This document shows, one piece after another, positions 10,240-20,081 of a stretch of DNA of 64,000 bases (its first letter is position 1; every line of letters starts with the position of its first letter). This DNA is from an uncultured Gammaproteobacteria bacterium. Its GTDB lineage: Bacteria; Patescibacteriota; Patescibacteriia; 2-01-FULL-39-33. The position numbers were made by a program, and so were the translations under genes. The stretch lies in the NCBI GenBank assembly GCA_964573235.1, contig CAZNIV010000003.1:1482-65481 (forward strand). The letters are read 5' to 3'. The notes beneath the pieces were generated by a model. It was not told where the DNA came from. It saw nothing but the letters and a program-made list of their open reading frames with translations, and searched no databases.

Positions 10240-12310
10240 TTGGTTTAAGTCGAATTATTGTATCTGGTTAGCTATTTTCGGTGTTAGCTTATTTTTAGTT
10301 AATGATTTTTATTGGCATTGGCCAGTGGTTGGCTTTATTTTTTTGGGAACCTATCTTGGCGCAGTTGGGTTTATGACCTATCGTTTTCTGATTCGTTTTT
10401 TTCAATCCAGTGGCTTAATGTTGGGGTGGTTAGCAGTGTTGTTAAATATATTCTTTTTGGGGTTTGTTAATAATATTTTTTTAGCATGGTTTAAATTAAC
10501 AGATTGGACAATTTTAGTTTCATTTATTTTAGTGTTGTCTTTTAATTTTAGTTTAAAATATTTAAAATTTCCGGTAGTTACCGAGGAAAAGAAAATAAAT
10601 GAGAAAATAAATCTTTGGTTAGTGGTGTTGATGGGAGTGATTACCGCCATCGGTTTTTGGTTGATATTTAGAGGGGTAACGGGAGAATATTTAATATCTC
10701 CTTGGCAGGTTTTGGGTTTTTGGTTTGTAGTGGTGGTGTCGGTACTTGGCTTGGTGGCATTTTATTTGCCGTTTTCCAAAGAAAGTGCAAAGACGGTAAT
10801 GGTAGTGATTTTATTCTTTTCTTTCTTGGTACACGGTTATTTATTGGTTTATAATAACGGCTTTGGCGGAGATCGTTGGCGTCATTTGGGTTCAGAATAT
10901 CGTGTTATGCAGGAGATAGAATATCAACCGACGCTTTTGGCGAAAGATGTTTGGTACGCTAAGGTTTTAGGTGTTGAGGTTCCACGCGCCTTGGTTGATG
11001 GTCCAAAGATATCATATGGCTTTGGTTGGTCTTTGGCCGTTATTAGTGCTAAGGCGGGTCAAATAGATTTGTTTTTTGTAGATAAATTTTTAGGTTGGAT
11101 TATCTTCTCTTTGGCAATCCCGATTTTGCTTTATTGGGTTTTAAAGCAATTAGGTTTGGATGATAGGTTGGCGCTATTGGGTGGCGCTATGACCACTATT
11201 TTTTATGGTTGGCAATATTATGGGGCGCAGTCATTGCCAGCGGGTTATGGTTTAATTAGTTTATTGATGCTTTGGTTGTTATGGTTAGTAGTGGCTAAAA
11301 GAGAAAAGAAGTGGTTTTTTATTCCACTTATTTTTTCTGGCTTAATGTATTTTGGTTATTCCTTAGCTTTTATTTTAGCGGTTATTACGGATGTTATATT
11401 TTTGGTGTATTTATTTTCACCTAAATTTTGGTGGCTCAAGGTAATGCCTTTGTGTTTGGTTGTTTTTATTATGGAAGCTTATTCTGGCTATGGTGTTTGG
11501 CTTAATCAGTGGTCGTTAAAATCCCTTTTTGGTGCGGTAGTGGATAGGTTAAACATCTTTTTTTATGGTCAGGGTCAGTGGTTGTTGGGTGTTAATTTTT
11601 GGTCGCCATGGATCTCTCACTTAGTGGCGTTGTTAGCTTTATTTTTATTAGTGCTTGCTATTTGGCTGATTTTAAAAAAGAAAGATGGATTATCTAAATT
11701 GCCTTTGGTATTTTTAATTATTTTAACAGCTAATTATTTATTGGCGTGGCTATTTTTGGGTGGGTTGCATATTTTATCCCGTCGGTTAGATATTTTTCTG
11801 GTGATACCGTTATTAATATTGCTTAGTATTGGTTTATCCGGGATAATTAAAATTAAAAGGGTTAAATATTTTATCCCCGTTATTTTGACCTTTATTTTTA
11901 TCAATGGTTATATTACTGGCCCATTATTGGAGGCTAATATTACTAATGAGGATGTTAAGGTTATGTCTTATGTTTGGCAGGAGATTCAGGTTGATCCTCA
12001 GAAATATTGTGTCTTGGCGGATACTTGGCCACTTTTAGCCCTAGAAGCATTTTCGGCTCAACAGGTAGTGGCCGGTAATTATGAGAGTGATTTTAATCAT
12101 CAACAAGATCAGCGAGTGCGTGATTATCAATTAATTATTACAGGTATTTCTGATATTAATTTGAGTATAATAAAAAACAGTTGCATCCGAAATCAATTGA
12201 TTTTAATTCTGCCAAAAGATAATGTTAATGCTAGTCAATTCGATTTATTAAAAAAGCGGCTAGGTGAGCCGCAAATTTTTCAAAATAGTTTGGTTTACCC
12301 ACCTTTTTGA
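10214..12310 (+). CDS. Large polytopic membrane protein of unknown function (GT-C-like architecture possible)
   Basis: 698 aa: more than 12 hydrophobic segments followed by a ~110-aa soluble C-terminus. No family recognised. Confidence 0.7.
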   Translation: MLKNYLPFNWFKSNYCIWLAIFGVSLFLVNDFYWHWPVVGFIFLGTYLGAVGFMTYRFLIRFFQSSGLMLGWLAVLLNIFFLGFVNNIFLAWFKLTDWTILVSFILVLSFNFSLKYLKFPVVTEEKKINEKINLWLVVLMGVITAIGFWLIFRGVTGEYLISPWQVLGFWFVVVVSVLGLVAFYLPFSKESAKTVMVVILFFSFLVHGYLLVYNNGFGGDRWRHLGSEYRVMQEIEYQPTLLAKDVWYAKVLGVEVPRALVDGPKISYGFGWSLAVISAKAGQIDLFFVDKFLGWIIFSLAIPILLYWVLKQLGLDDRLALLGGAMTTIFYGWQYYGAQSLPAGYGLISLLMLWLLWLVVAKREKKWFFIPLIFSGLMYFGYSLAFILAVITDVIFLVYLFSPKFWWLKVMPLCLVVFIMEAYSGYGVWLNQWSLKSLFGAVVDRLNIFFYGQGQWLLGVNFWSPWISHLVALLALFLLVLAIWLILKKKDGLSKLPLVFLIILTANYLLAWLFLGGLHILSRRLDIFLVIPLLILLSIGLSGIIKIKRVKYFIPVILTFIFINGYITGPLLEANITNEDVKVMSYVWQEIQVDPQKYCVLADTWPLLALEAFSAQQVVAGNYESDFNHQQDQRVRDYQLIITGISDINLSIIKNSCIRNQLILILPKDNVNASQFDLLKKRLGEPQIFQNSLVYPPF

Positions 12311-13663
12311 TTATCGAATATTAAGATAAATTAATTTATTCTGTTTGTTTATACTTCCGGTAAAGTATAAATTTTGGCCGTTAGTATCAGTGATTAGGTT
12401 ATTAATTTCTGAGGTGTTATCGATTGCTAGATTGACAACGTTGCGCAATTCGCGGTTATCGATTTCAATAATTTTTATATTATCGTCAGTGGCTATAATA
12501 ATGTGTCTTCCTAATGGGTGCCAGGCGGTTGTTTTTATTTGTTTTCCAAGGCGAGTGATAATTTCGGGATTATTTTTATTGATATCGTAAAGCCAAACCT
12601 CAAAATCATTGTTAAATAGGATCACATCTTTATTGAGCCAAGAAGCCCCCGTGATGTTTATGGCGATAGGAGAATCGTTGCCACTAAGATCAATAATCGC
12701 GCCGTTAGCCTTTTCTAGATTAGCAATAACTAGACGGTCACTATTTAGGGAAGTTAAAAACTTACCATCATTAAAATCTAGTTGAGATAGTTGGCGAATG
12801 GTTTTATTTTTATTAATTGCTATTAACTGTTTTTCGTTAATGGCGTAAATGGTGTCATTATTAATCAAATAGTCGCTAATTTTTTTATCCTTTAAAATAA
12901 TGGAATTTTGTTTTTTAATTAAATCAATTTGCCATAAGTTTGAACCAGCTAGCGCAAAAATAATAGTTCCGGCGTTGTTGATGCGTGCTATAGTTGTTTG
13001 AGGTGGAATTAGTGATGTTATTTTTGTTAAATTAATATTGCTAAAAAAATAACGGCCATTAGTTAAAAGGTAATAGTCTATTTGATTTTTATTGTTTTTT
13101 GTTTTTAATAAAGTTTTATAACCACCAATATTCCAATCGTAACTTTCAATGATCGTTCCAATTCCAAGACTGGCTATTGCTTGGTAGCTGGCCGAGGCGG
13201 TATCTAGGAAGTTTAGCGATCCCTTATTATCTATAAAATAAGCATCTTGTTTGTTGGGAGAAATGGCTATTTGACCGCTAGAGGCAATATTTGTCAGGGG
13301 TGAAGATGTAGTTTGCTTCCAGAGTAAAATATTTTCGGCAAAAGAAGTATAGTTTTCGTAAATAGGTAATTTTTTCTCCCAAGAATAGTAGCCGGGTTTA
13401 CTTAATTTAATATTATAATTGCCAGGCATTAAATTTTCTAAACGAGTAGGTGTGTTTTTTTCAGTATATTTATCGTTGAGGGTAATATCAGCCTTTTTGG
13501 GGTTGGAAGAAATAACTAAAATACCGGTTTGTTGGATGTGTTGATTTTTAAAATTAAAACGATACCCTTGAGTGTAAAAAATAATTAAGGGCGTGACAAT
13601 TAAAAATAGAATAATAAATAGGGAATAGGTGATGCGACGATAAATGAGTTCGCTTTTATTCAT
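12311..13663 (-). CDS. PEGA-domain protein with beta-propeller-like C-terminal region
   Basis: N-terminal TM. PEGA-like segment ISSNPKKADITLNDK...PGNYNIKLSKPGYYSWEKKL. Start overlaps the murA stop by 8 nt. Confidence 0.7.
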   Translation of the reverse strand: MNKSELIYRRITYSLFIILFLIVTPLIIFYTQGYRFNFKNQHIQQTGILVISSNPKKADITLNDKYTEKNTPTRLENLMPGNYNIKLSKPGYYSWEKKLPIYENYTSFAENILLWKQTTSSPLTNIASSGQIAISPNKQDAYFIDNKGSLNFLDTASASYQAIASLGIGTIIESYDWNIGGYKTLLKTKNNKNQIDYYLLTNGRYFFSNINLTKITSLIPPQTTIARINNAGTIIFALAGSNLWQIDLIKKQNSIILKDKKISDYLINNDTIYAINEKQLIAINKNKTIRQLSQLDFNDGKFLTSLNSDRLVIANLEKANGAIIDLSGNDSPIAINITGASWLNKDVILFNNDFEVWLYDINKNNPEIITRLGKQIKTTAWHPLGRHIIIATDDNIKIIEIDNRELRNVVNLAIDNTSEINNLITDTNGQNLYFTGSINKQNKLIYLNIR

Positions 13664-14909
13664 TGACTTTAGAGATATTAGCGCCTAGGGATTGTAATCT
13701 GGTGATGATATTTTCGTAACCACGCTCAATTTGATAGATATTTTCTACGGTAGTAGTGCCTTCGGCAATTAAGCCAGCTAAAACCAATGCCATGCCAGCG
13801 CGTAAGTCGGGACTTTCTAATTTTTTGCCAATTAGTTGAGTGGGGCCATGAACAATGACACGATGAGGGTCGCACATGATGATGTTGGCGCCCATATTGG
13901 ATAGTTTGTCGGTGTAAAATAAGCGACCTTCATAAATGGTTTCGTGGATTAAGCTTTGACCATGTGCTTGAGTCATTAAAACAGTAAATGGCGCTTGCAA
14001 GTCGGTGGCAAAACCTGGGTATTCGTGGGTGCGTAATTCTATGCCATGAAAGATACCTTTTTTGGTTTTAATCCAATTAGAACCAATTTCTAATTCGGCC
14101 CCTGCTTTTTGCAAGGTGAATAGTTCGTTTTCTAGATGATGTGGGTTGCAATTAGTGATAGTGACTTCACTACCAGTAATTAATCCCATAACCACAAAGG
14201 TACCAGCTTCAATACGGTCGGGAATTAGTTCACAAGTACCACCAGATATTTTTTCAACACCCTCGATAGTAATTATGGGAGTTCCAGCGCCAGTAATTTT
14301 AGCCCCGCAATTATTTAAATGCTCAGCTAGGGCGGTAATTTCTGGTTCCATAGCCGCATTGATAATGGTGGTAGTTCCTTCGGCTAAGCAAGCGGTCATC
14401 ATCATGCTTTCGGTGACAGTAACAGAAATCCAAGGTAAAACAATTTTAGCTCCCTTAAGTTTATTTGCTTTTAGAGTGTAAAAATTTTCATGTTCAAAAA
14501 TTTTGGCGCCCAATGATTTGAAACCACTTAAAAACATGTCGATTGGTCTTTTGCCAATAACGCAACCACCCGGGTGAGCCATGGTTACTTCGCCAAAGCG
14601 GGCGAGGAGTGGACCAGCTACCATAATAGAAGAACGCAATCTTTCGGAAAGTTTGGGATCAGGGGAAAAGCGATTGATACTTTTGGATTCAATAGTTAGG
14701 GTTGATCCTTCTCTGGTGACCTTAGCTCCGATGTTTTCTAATATTTCTACTAATCTTTTAATATCTTCAATATCAGGAACATTTTTAATGATAGTAGTTT
14801 CTTCTGATAAAATAGCGGCTGGTAAGATTTTTAGCGCTTCATTTTTAGCGCCAGCAACGGAGATGGTTCCGCTTAGCTTTTGACCGCCCTTAATAACATA
14901 TTTTTCCAT
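13656..14909 (-). CDS. murA: UDP-N-acetylglucosamine 1-carboxyvinyltransferase
   Basis: Full-length EPSP-synthase-fold protein with active-site Cys loop HPGGCVIGKRPID. Confidence 0.95.
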   Translation of the reverse strand: MEKYVIKGGQKLSGTISVAGAKNEALKILPAAILSEETTIIKNVPDIEDIKRLVEILENIGAKVTREGSTLTIESKSINRFSPDPKLSERLRSSIMVAGPLLARFGEVTMAHPGGCVIGKRPIDMFLSGFKSLGAKIFEHENFYTLKANKLKGAKIVLPWISVTVTESMMMTACLAEGTTTIINAAMEPEITALAEHLNNCGAKITGAGTPIITIEGVEKISGGTCELIPDRIEAGTFVVMGLITGSEVTITNCNPHHLENELFTLQKAGAELEIGSNWIKTKKGIFHGIELRTHEYPGFATDLQAPFTVLMTQAHGQSLIHETIYEGRLFYTDKLSNMGANIIMCDPHRVIVHGPTQLIGKKLESPDLRAGMALVLAGLIAEGTTTVENIYQIERGYENIITRLQSLGANISKVNE

Positions 14910-15009
14910 GGATATAATAGCTTTATGATTGTTGGTTTATGGGTAATATGTTAGCATATTTTACATTTTTTTTAAATAGCCGTGGGGATTATTAAAATTT
15001 AATCAATTA

Positions 15010-15038
15010 TTGCGGTAAAAGGTGCTTTCTGGTAAAAT
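15010..15038 (+). promoter_or_regulatory. Sigma70-type promoter upstream of the S41 peptidase gene
   Basis: TTGCGG (15010-15015), 17-nt spacer, TGG-TAAAAT (15033-15038). Confidence 0.4.
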
Positions 15039-15063
15039 TAATTAATAATTAATTATTTGATTT

Positions 15064-16344
15064 ATGGATTTGAAAGTTAATCGAAGAGTATATTTTATTG
15101 GCTTGATTTTTTTAGTGATTGTTGGTGCTTTTGGAGCGGGTTATTGGTCTGGTGCGGAGCGTCAGATAGGGGTTGAAAAAAAAGTAGCTCAAAAAATTGA
15201 AGTTAATAGCACCTCTACTCCCGTTGGGCAGGTAGAAAATATCAATACTCCACCCCCAGCTTTTTTGAGTAAGGATGTAGACTTTAAATTATTTTGGCAA
15301 ACCTGGGAATTGGTTAAGAGTAATTATTATCAAAAGAATGTTCCGGATACTAAATTATTTTATGGCGCCTTGCAAGGAATGGTTGCCTCCTTGGGTGATC
15401 CGTATACTGTTTTTATGACCCCGCAGGAATCTCAGGATTTTAAGGATAGTTTTAATGGAAGTTTTGAAGGGATTGGAGCGGAGATTAGTATTAAGAATAA
15501 TGTTTTAACCATAGTCACACCGTTACCAGATACTCCAGCTGATAAAGCTAAATTGCGTGCGGGTGATATTATTACCAAGATAAATGGCAAGAGTACCGAA
15601 AATATGTCGGTCAATACAGCTGTTAGTTTGATTCGTGGTAAAAAAGGCACAGCAGTAACTTTGGCTATTTTTAGAACTGGTTTTGATAAGCCAAGGGATT
15701 TTGCGATTACGCGAGATGCGATTCTAGTTAAAAGCGTTAGCTTGGAATATAAAGAGGGTGGTGATGTGGCTTATATTAAGGTTCGTCAATTTAACGATGA
15801 TACAATGCCACTTTTAGATGAAGCCATTGCTAATATTGAAAAGCGTAGCGTTAAAGGTATTATTTTAGATTTGCGCAATAATCCCGGTGGTTATTTAGAG
15901 TCAGCTATTGAGATGAGTAGCGAGTGGATTGGCAATAAGATTTCTGTTTCCGAAAAGTCTCGTGATGGATTGAGTACAGATCATCGTTTAAATCATGAGG
16001 CGCGTTTGGATAATTATTCAACGGTAGTATTAGTTAATCAGGGAAGCGCTTCTGCTTCGGAGATTGTTTCTGGTGCTTTGAAAGATTGGGGTAAGGCTAA
16101 AATTGTGGGTATGAAAACCTTTGGCAAGGGTTCTGTGCAAAATTTATTACCACTTGGCGAAGGTTCTTCTTTAAAGGTAACTATTGCAAAGTGGTTTACG
16201 CCAAAGGGGGTTTCTATTCAAGATGAAGGAATTACTCCAGATGTGGTAATTGACTTAACCGAAAAAGATTATAACGAAAATAAGGATCCTCAACTGGATA
16301 AGGCAATAGAAATCATTAAACCAGTAGTAACGGTTAAAAAATAA
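15064..16344 (+). CDS. ctpA: S41-family carboxy-terminal processing peptidase
   Basis: N-terminal TM, PDZ segment, LRNNPGGYL, Ser nucleophile GSASASEI, Lys in TFGKGSVQ. Confidence 0.9.
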   Translation: MDLKVNRRVYFIGLIFLVIVGAFGAGYWSGAERQIGVEKKVAQKIEVNSTSTPVGQVENINTPPPAFLSKDVDFKLFWQTWELVKSNYYQKNVPDTKLFYGALQGMVASLGDPYTVFMTPQESQDFKDSFNGSFEGIGAEISIKNNVLTIVTPLPDTPADKAKLRAGDIITKINGKSTENMSVNTAVSLIRGKKGTAVTLAIFRTGFDKPRDFAITRDAILVKSVSLEYKEGGDVAYIKVRQFNDDTMPLLDEAIANIEKRSVKGIILDLRNNPGGYLESAIEMSSEWIGNKISVSEKSRDGLSTDHRLNHEARLDNYSTVVLVNQGSASASEIVSGALKDWGKAKIVGMKTFGKGSVQNLLPLGEGSSLKVTIAKWFTPKGVSIQDEGITPDVVIDLTEKDYNENKDPQLDKAIEIIKPVVTVKK

Positions 16345-16355
16345 GTTATAAAAAA

Positions 16356-16377
16356 ACACCCCGCAAAAGCGAGGTGT
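16356..16377. terminator. Bidirectional hairpin terminator between ctp (+) and rpmA (-)
   Basis: ACACCCCGC / GCGAGGTGT (one mismatch), loop AAAA, with an A-run on one side and a T-run on the other. Confidence 0.6.
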
Positions 16378-16391
16378 TTTTTGGTATGTAA

Positions 16392-16664
16392 CTATTCAAC
16401 ATTAACGAATTGAGCGTATTCTAGTTTACCATTGAATTTTTTAATCTTCTTTTTATTGAAGTTAACTTTTCCGGTGGTAATAGAGTAAAGAGAATCGTCT
16501 TTAGCTAATTCTACATTTTTACCTGGGCGATAGTTAGTGCCCCTCTGTCTAATGATAATGGATCCTGGTTTAGCGATTTCACCAGCATATAACTTAACAC
16601 CCAAACGCTGTGCATTTGAATCTCGGCCTAATCTAGTACTACCGCCTGCTTTTTTATGTGACAT
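16392..16664 (-). CDS. rpmA: 50S ribosomal protein L27
   Basis: [24 protein letters not shown]... is a canonical L27 N-terminus. Confidence 0.95.
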   Translation of the reverse strand: MSHKKAGGSTRLGRDSNAQRLGVKLYAGEIAKPGSIIIRQRGTNYRPGKNVELAKDDSLYSITTGKVNFNKKKIKKFNGKLEYAQFVNVE

Positions 16665-16786
16665 ACTGCGTCTTATTAGTTATCATGATTTACAGGTAAT
16701 ATTCTATCCAATTTTGCCATAAATGTCAAGGGTTTTGATAAAGTTGGATTTTTGTTATAATAAAAGCGTAATTATAAGGATTATTT

Positions 16787-17623
16787 ATGGTTAATAAAAT
16801 AGCGTTTATTTGCTTATTGGGAGTGGCTTTAATGGCCTCCGGTTGTCAGCGCGAGTTGATAGTGGAAATAGATAATAATCTCGTTCAAACTGGATCAGTT
16901 TCTGTTATTAATAAAGAGAGGCCCTCTTCGTCTGGTGTTTTGAGTTCTACGGCAAAAATTACATTGCCAATAGCAAAAGAGGCAGTAGGTTTAGTGGTAC
17001 CAAAAAAAGAGCGAATAACTATTCCAGCATCTTTTGATAATATAGTTCCTTTTGTTTCGCAAGCCCCATTACGTGATTGGTCTATGCCATATCAGGAAGC
17101 ATGCGAAGAGGCTTCAATGATTTCGGCGGATAAATTTCTAGGCCGTCAGGGGGTGGAGAAAAATAGTTTAAATAAGGAATTGTTGGATTTAATCGCTTGG
17201 GAGGAAAAAAATAGTTATCCCATAGATGTTAATGCTTCTGATATGGTAAAGATTTTAAGGGATTATTTTGGTATCGAGGCTAAATTATTTTTCAAGCCAT
17301 CAGTGGATTTAATAAAATATGAATTATCACAGGGGCGCATTATTTTGGTGCCAACTTCAGGCCGTGATTTGGGTAATCCATATTTTCATCAACCAGGTCC
17401 AATTTATCATATGCTAGTTATTAGGGGTTATAATGGCAATAATTTTATTACCAATGATGTGGGTACTAACACTAAAGGGGAGGCAATGAAATATAATGTA
17501 AATAAATTAATGTCCACGATTCATGATTGGAATTACGTTTTAGGTAAAGATGGCATGACTTTGGATGAAATGCGCTTGGGCGAAAGTGTGATTATTGTGA
17601 TTAATGGTTATTTGCCAAAATAG
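16787..17623 (+). CDS. Lipoprotein with C39-like (papain-fold) peptidase domain
   Basis: Lipobox LMASGC. VPFVSQAP...QEACEEAS (Cys) and YHMLVIRGY (His) resemble Peptidase_C39_2. Confidence 0.6.
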   Translation: MVNKIAFICLLGVALMASGCQRELIVEIDNNLVQTGSVSVINKERPSSSGVLSSTAKITLPIAKEAVGLVVPKKERITIPASFDNIVPFVSQAPLRDWSMPYQEACEEASMISADKFLGRQGVEKNSLNKELLDLIAWEEKNSYPIDVNASDMVKILRDYFGIEAKLFFKPSVDLIKYELSQGRIILVPTSGRDLGNPYFHQPGPIYHMLVIRGYNGNNFITNDVGTNTKGEAMKYNVNKLMSTIHDWNYVLGKDGMTLDEMRLGESVIIVINGYLPK

Positions 17624-17686
17624 CCCTTTTGTGGTTAAATTAAGATGTTGTTGCTAGTATTGTTATAGTTAAATATTAAATTTTAT

Positions 17687-18067
17687 ATGTATAATGAAAA
17701 AGTATTAGATCATTTTTCTCATCCCAGGAATCAAGGAGTAATTAAGGATGCTGATGGAGTTGGTCAAGTGGGTAATCAAAAGTGTGGTGATATCATGAAG
17801 GTTTATATTAAAGTTGCTAAAAATAAGACTAAACAAGAAGTAATAAAAAATATTAAGTTTGAAACTTTGGGTTGTGGCGCAGCTATAGCCACTTCTTCGA
17901 TGTTAACTGAAATGGCTAAGGGAAAAACAATTACTGAGGCTTCAAAAATTGGTAAATTAGATATTGCCAATGCTTTGGGTGGTTTGCCTGAGGCAAAACT
18001 GCATTGTTCTGTTTTGGCGCACGAAGCCTTGGCAGAGGCAATTAAAGATTATGAACAAAAAAAGTAA
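17687..18067 (+). CDS. iscU: Fe-S cluster scaffold, IscU/NifU N-terminal type
   Basis: Three conserved Cys contexts: GNQKCGD, LGCGAAIA, LHCSVLA. Confidence 0.9.
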   Translation: MYNEKVLDHFSHPRNQGVIKDADGVGQVGNQKCGDIMKVYIKVAKNKTKQEVIKNIKFETLGCGAAIATSSMLTEMAKGKTITEASKIGKLDIANALGGLPEAKLHCSVLAHEALAEAIKDYEQKK

Positions 18068-18308
18068 TATGCCAAGAAAAAGCGTGGAAACAAAAATTCG
18101 TGAAGCCTTGGATGTAGTACGACCACATCTACAAATGGATGGTGGTAATGTGGAGTTTGTTGCTTATGATAGTAAAAATAAAATAGTAAGCGTTAAGTTA
18201 CAGGGCGCTTGCCATGGTTGCCCGATGGCAGAAATGACTTTACAAAATGGCATTGGTCGGATTGTGAAGCAAAAAGTAAAAGAAGTTAAAGAGGTGGTGG
18301 CAGTTTAA
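18051..18308 (+). CDS. NifU C-terminal (Nfu-type) Fe-S domain protein
   Basis: DGGNVEFV...CHGCPMA motif. Start is probably ATG 18051 or 18069; the 17964 extension overlaps iscU. Confidence 0.8.
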   Translation: MNKKSNMPRKSVETKIREALDVVRPHLQMDGGNVEFVAYDSKNKIVSVKLQGACHGCPMAEMTLQNGIGRIVKQKVKEVKEVVAV

Positions 18309-18325
18309 TTAAATTATTTTTTAAT

Positions 18326-19336
18326 ATGAAATTGTTAGTTACTGGTGGTGCTGGATTTATTGGTTCTAATTTTATTCGTTATTGGTTAAAAAAATATTCT
18401 CAAGACCAGATTGTTAATTTGGATAAATTGACCTATGCTGGTAACTTAGAAAATTTGCATGAGCTTGCTGGCCAGAGTAATTATAAATTTATCAAGGGTG
18501 ATATTTGCGATCGAGAATTGGTTAATTCTTTAGTAAGTGATTGTGATATAATTGTGCATTTTGCCGCAGAGAGTCATGTAGATCGCTCTATCGCCGATTC
18601 TACGCCATTTATTGTGACTAATGTTTTAGGTACTCAGGTATTGTTGGATGCGGCGGTTAAAAATGGCAATAAACGATTTCATCATGTGTCTACGGATGAA
18701 GTTTTTGGCGCCCTGCCCTTAACCGGAGAGGAAAAGTTCACTGAAGATACTGCTTATAATCCACATAGTCCGTATGCGGCCTCTAAGGCGGCTTCGGATC
18801 ATTTGGTGCGTGCTTTTGGCGACACCTTTGGTTTGCCTTATACTATTTCTAATTGTTCTAATAATTTTGGGCCATGGCAATTTCCAGAAAAGTTTTTACC
18901 ATTGATGATTACTAATTTAATGGAAGGAAAAAAAATTCCAGTTTATGGTGATGGTCAATATGTTAGAGATTGGTTGTATGTCGATGATCATTGTCGGGCT
19001 ATTGATTTAATTTTGCATCAAGGAAAAGTAGGAGAAACTTATTGTATCGGTGGAATGGATAAAGATGTAAATAACTTAGAATTAGTAAAAAAAGTTTTAC
19101 AGATTATGAATTTATCTGAAGATCGCATTGAGTTTATTAAAGATCGTCCTGGTCATGATCGTCGCTATGCAGTTGATTTTAATAAAGCTAAAATAGAGTT
19201 GGGTTATGAGCCTCAATATAATTTAGATGAGTATTTAAGGTTAACGGTAGAGTGGTATGTGAATAATAAAGATTGGTGGCAAGGGGTAAAGAGTGGCGAA
19301 TATAAAAAATATTACGAAAAACAATATACACAATAA
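18326..19336 (+). CDS. rfbB: dTDP-glucose 4,6-dehydratase
   Basis: SDR Rossmann motif GGAGFIGSN, catalytic YAASKAASD, full-length match to the RmlB pattern. Confidence 0.95.
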   Translation: MKLLVTGGAGFIGSNFIRYWLKKYSQDQIVNLDKLTYAGNLENLHELAGQSNYKFIKGDICDRELVNSLVSDCDIIVHFAAESHVDRSIADSTPFIVTNVLGTQVLLDAAVKNGNKRFHHVSTDEVFGALPLTGEEKFTEDTAYNPHSPYAASKAASDHLVRAFGDTFGLPYTISNCSNNFGPWQFPEKFLPLMITNLMEGKKIPVYGDGQYVRDWLYVDDHCRAIDLILHQGKVGETYCIGGMDKDVNNLELVKKVLQIMNLSEDRIEFIKDRPGHDRRYAVDFNKAKIELGYEPQYNLDEYLRLTVEWYVNNKDWWQGVKSGEYKKYYEKQYTQ

Positions 19337-19337
19337 T

Positions 19338-20081
19338 ATGAAAGGAATTATTTTAGCGGGTGGTTACGGAACTAGATTGTTGCCTTGTACTAAGGTAACT
19401 AATAAACATTTATTGCCAGTTTATGATCGTCCGATGATTATGTATCCATTAAATACTTTAGTTCAAGCTGGAATCAGGGATATTATGATTGTCTCTGGCA
19501 CTGGTCATGCGGGACATTTTTTGGAGTTATTGGGATCTGGTCGCGATCTTGGTGTTAGATTATCTTATGCGGTGCAAGAAAAGGCTGGTGGCATTGCTGA
19601 AGCTTTGGGTCTGTGCGAAGATTTCGCTGATAATGATAAAATTGCGGTGATCTTAGGGGATAATATTTTTTTGGAGCAAGCTCAAATTAATAAGGCGGTA
19701 AAAGATTTTGATGTACAAAATCGAGGCGCCAAGATTCTAATCAAAGAAGTGGCAAATCCTAAGCGCTTCGGAGTAGCAGAGATTGCCGATGGCAACGTTA
19801 TTGGTATTGAAGAAAAGCCGGCCGAACCAAAATCTAATTATGCAGTAACTGGATTTTATTGTTACGATGGTCAAGTGTGGGAAATAGTTAAAACCCTAAA
19901 ACCATCTGGGCGCGGTGAATTAGAAATTACGGATGTAAATAATTATTATCTCAATAATAGTTTATTGACTTGCGAAATTTATCACGGTGACTGGACTGAT
20001 GCTGGTACACTAGATTCTTTATTAAAGGCTGCTAATTTAGTAGCTAATAAAACTAAAAAAGACTTTTTGTATGTTGAATAA
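19338..20081 (+). CDS. rfbA: Glucose-1-phosphate thymidylyltransferase-like sugar nucleotidyltransferase (short form)
   Basis: MKGIILAGGYGTRLLP signature. Real start at 19338; the upstream extension overlaps rfbB. Confidence 0.85.
   Translation: MKGIILAGGYGTRLLPCTKVTNKHLLPVYDRPMIMYPLNTLVQAGIRDIMIVSGTGHAGHFLELLGSGRDLGVRLSYAVQEKAGGIAEALGLCEDFADNDKIAVILGDNIFLEQAQINKAVKDFDVQNRGAKILIKEVANPKRFGVAEIADGNVIGIEEKPAEPKSNYAVTGFYCYDGQVWEIVKTLKPSGRGELEITDVNNYYLNNSLLTCEIYHGDWTDAGTLDSLLKAANLVANKTKKDFLYVE

Noticed and set aside
14146-14883. Plus-strand ORFs 14146..14481 and 14581..14883 inside murA. Similar antisense or alternate-frame ORFs occur at 4157..4372, 5340..5537, 8348..8590, 8702..8932, 9031..9216, 10402..10650, 12345..12590, 15432..15650, 16537..16722, 23118..23336, 23453..23668, 24209..24421, 28878..29129, 30001..30207, 33356..33550, 34790..35460, 35852..36067, 38086..38418, 41457..41642, 42099..42284, 44597..44851, 49222..49464, 51501..51701, 52515..52724, 52870..53058, 53649..53870, 58174..58948, 60767..61054 and 61576..61761.
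   Set aside because: All are nested in or antisense to much longer ORFs with recognisable families. They have low-complexity composition and no independent signals.
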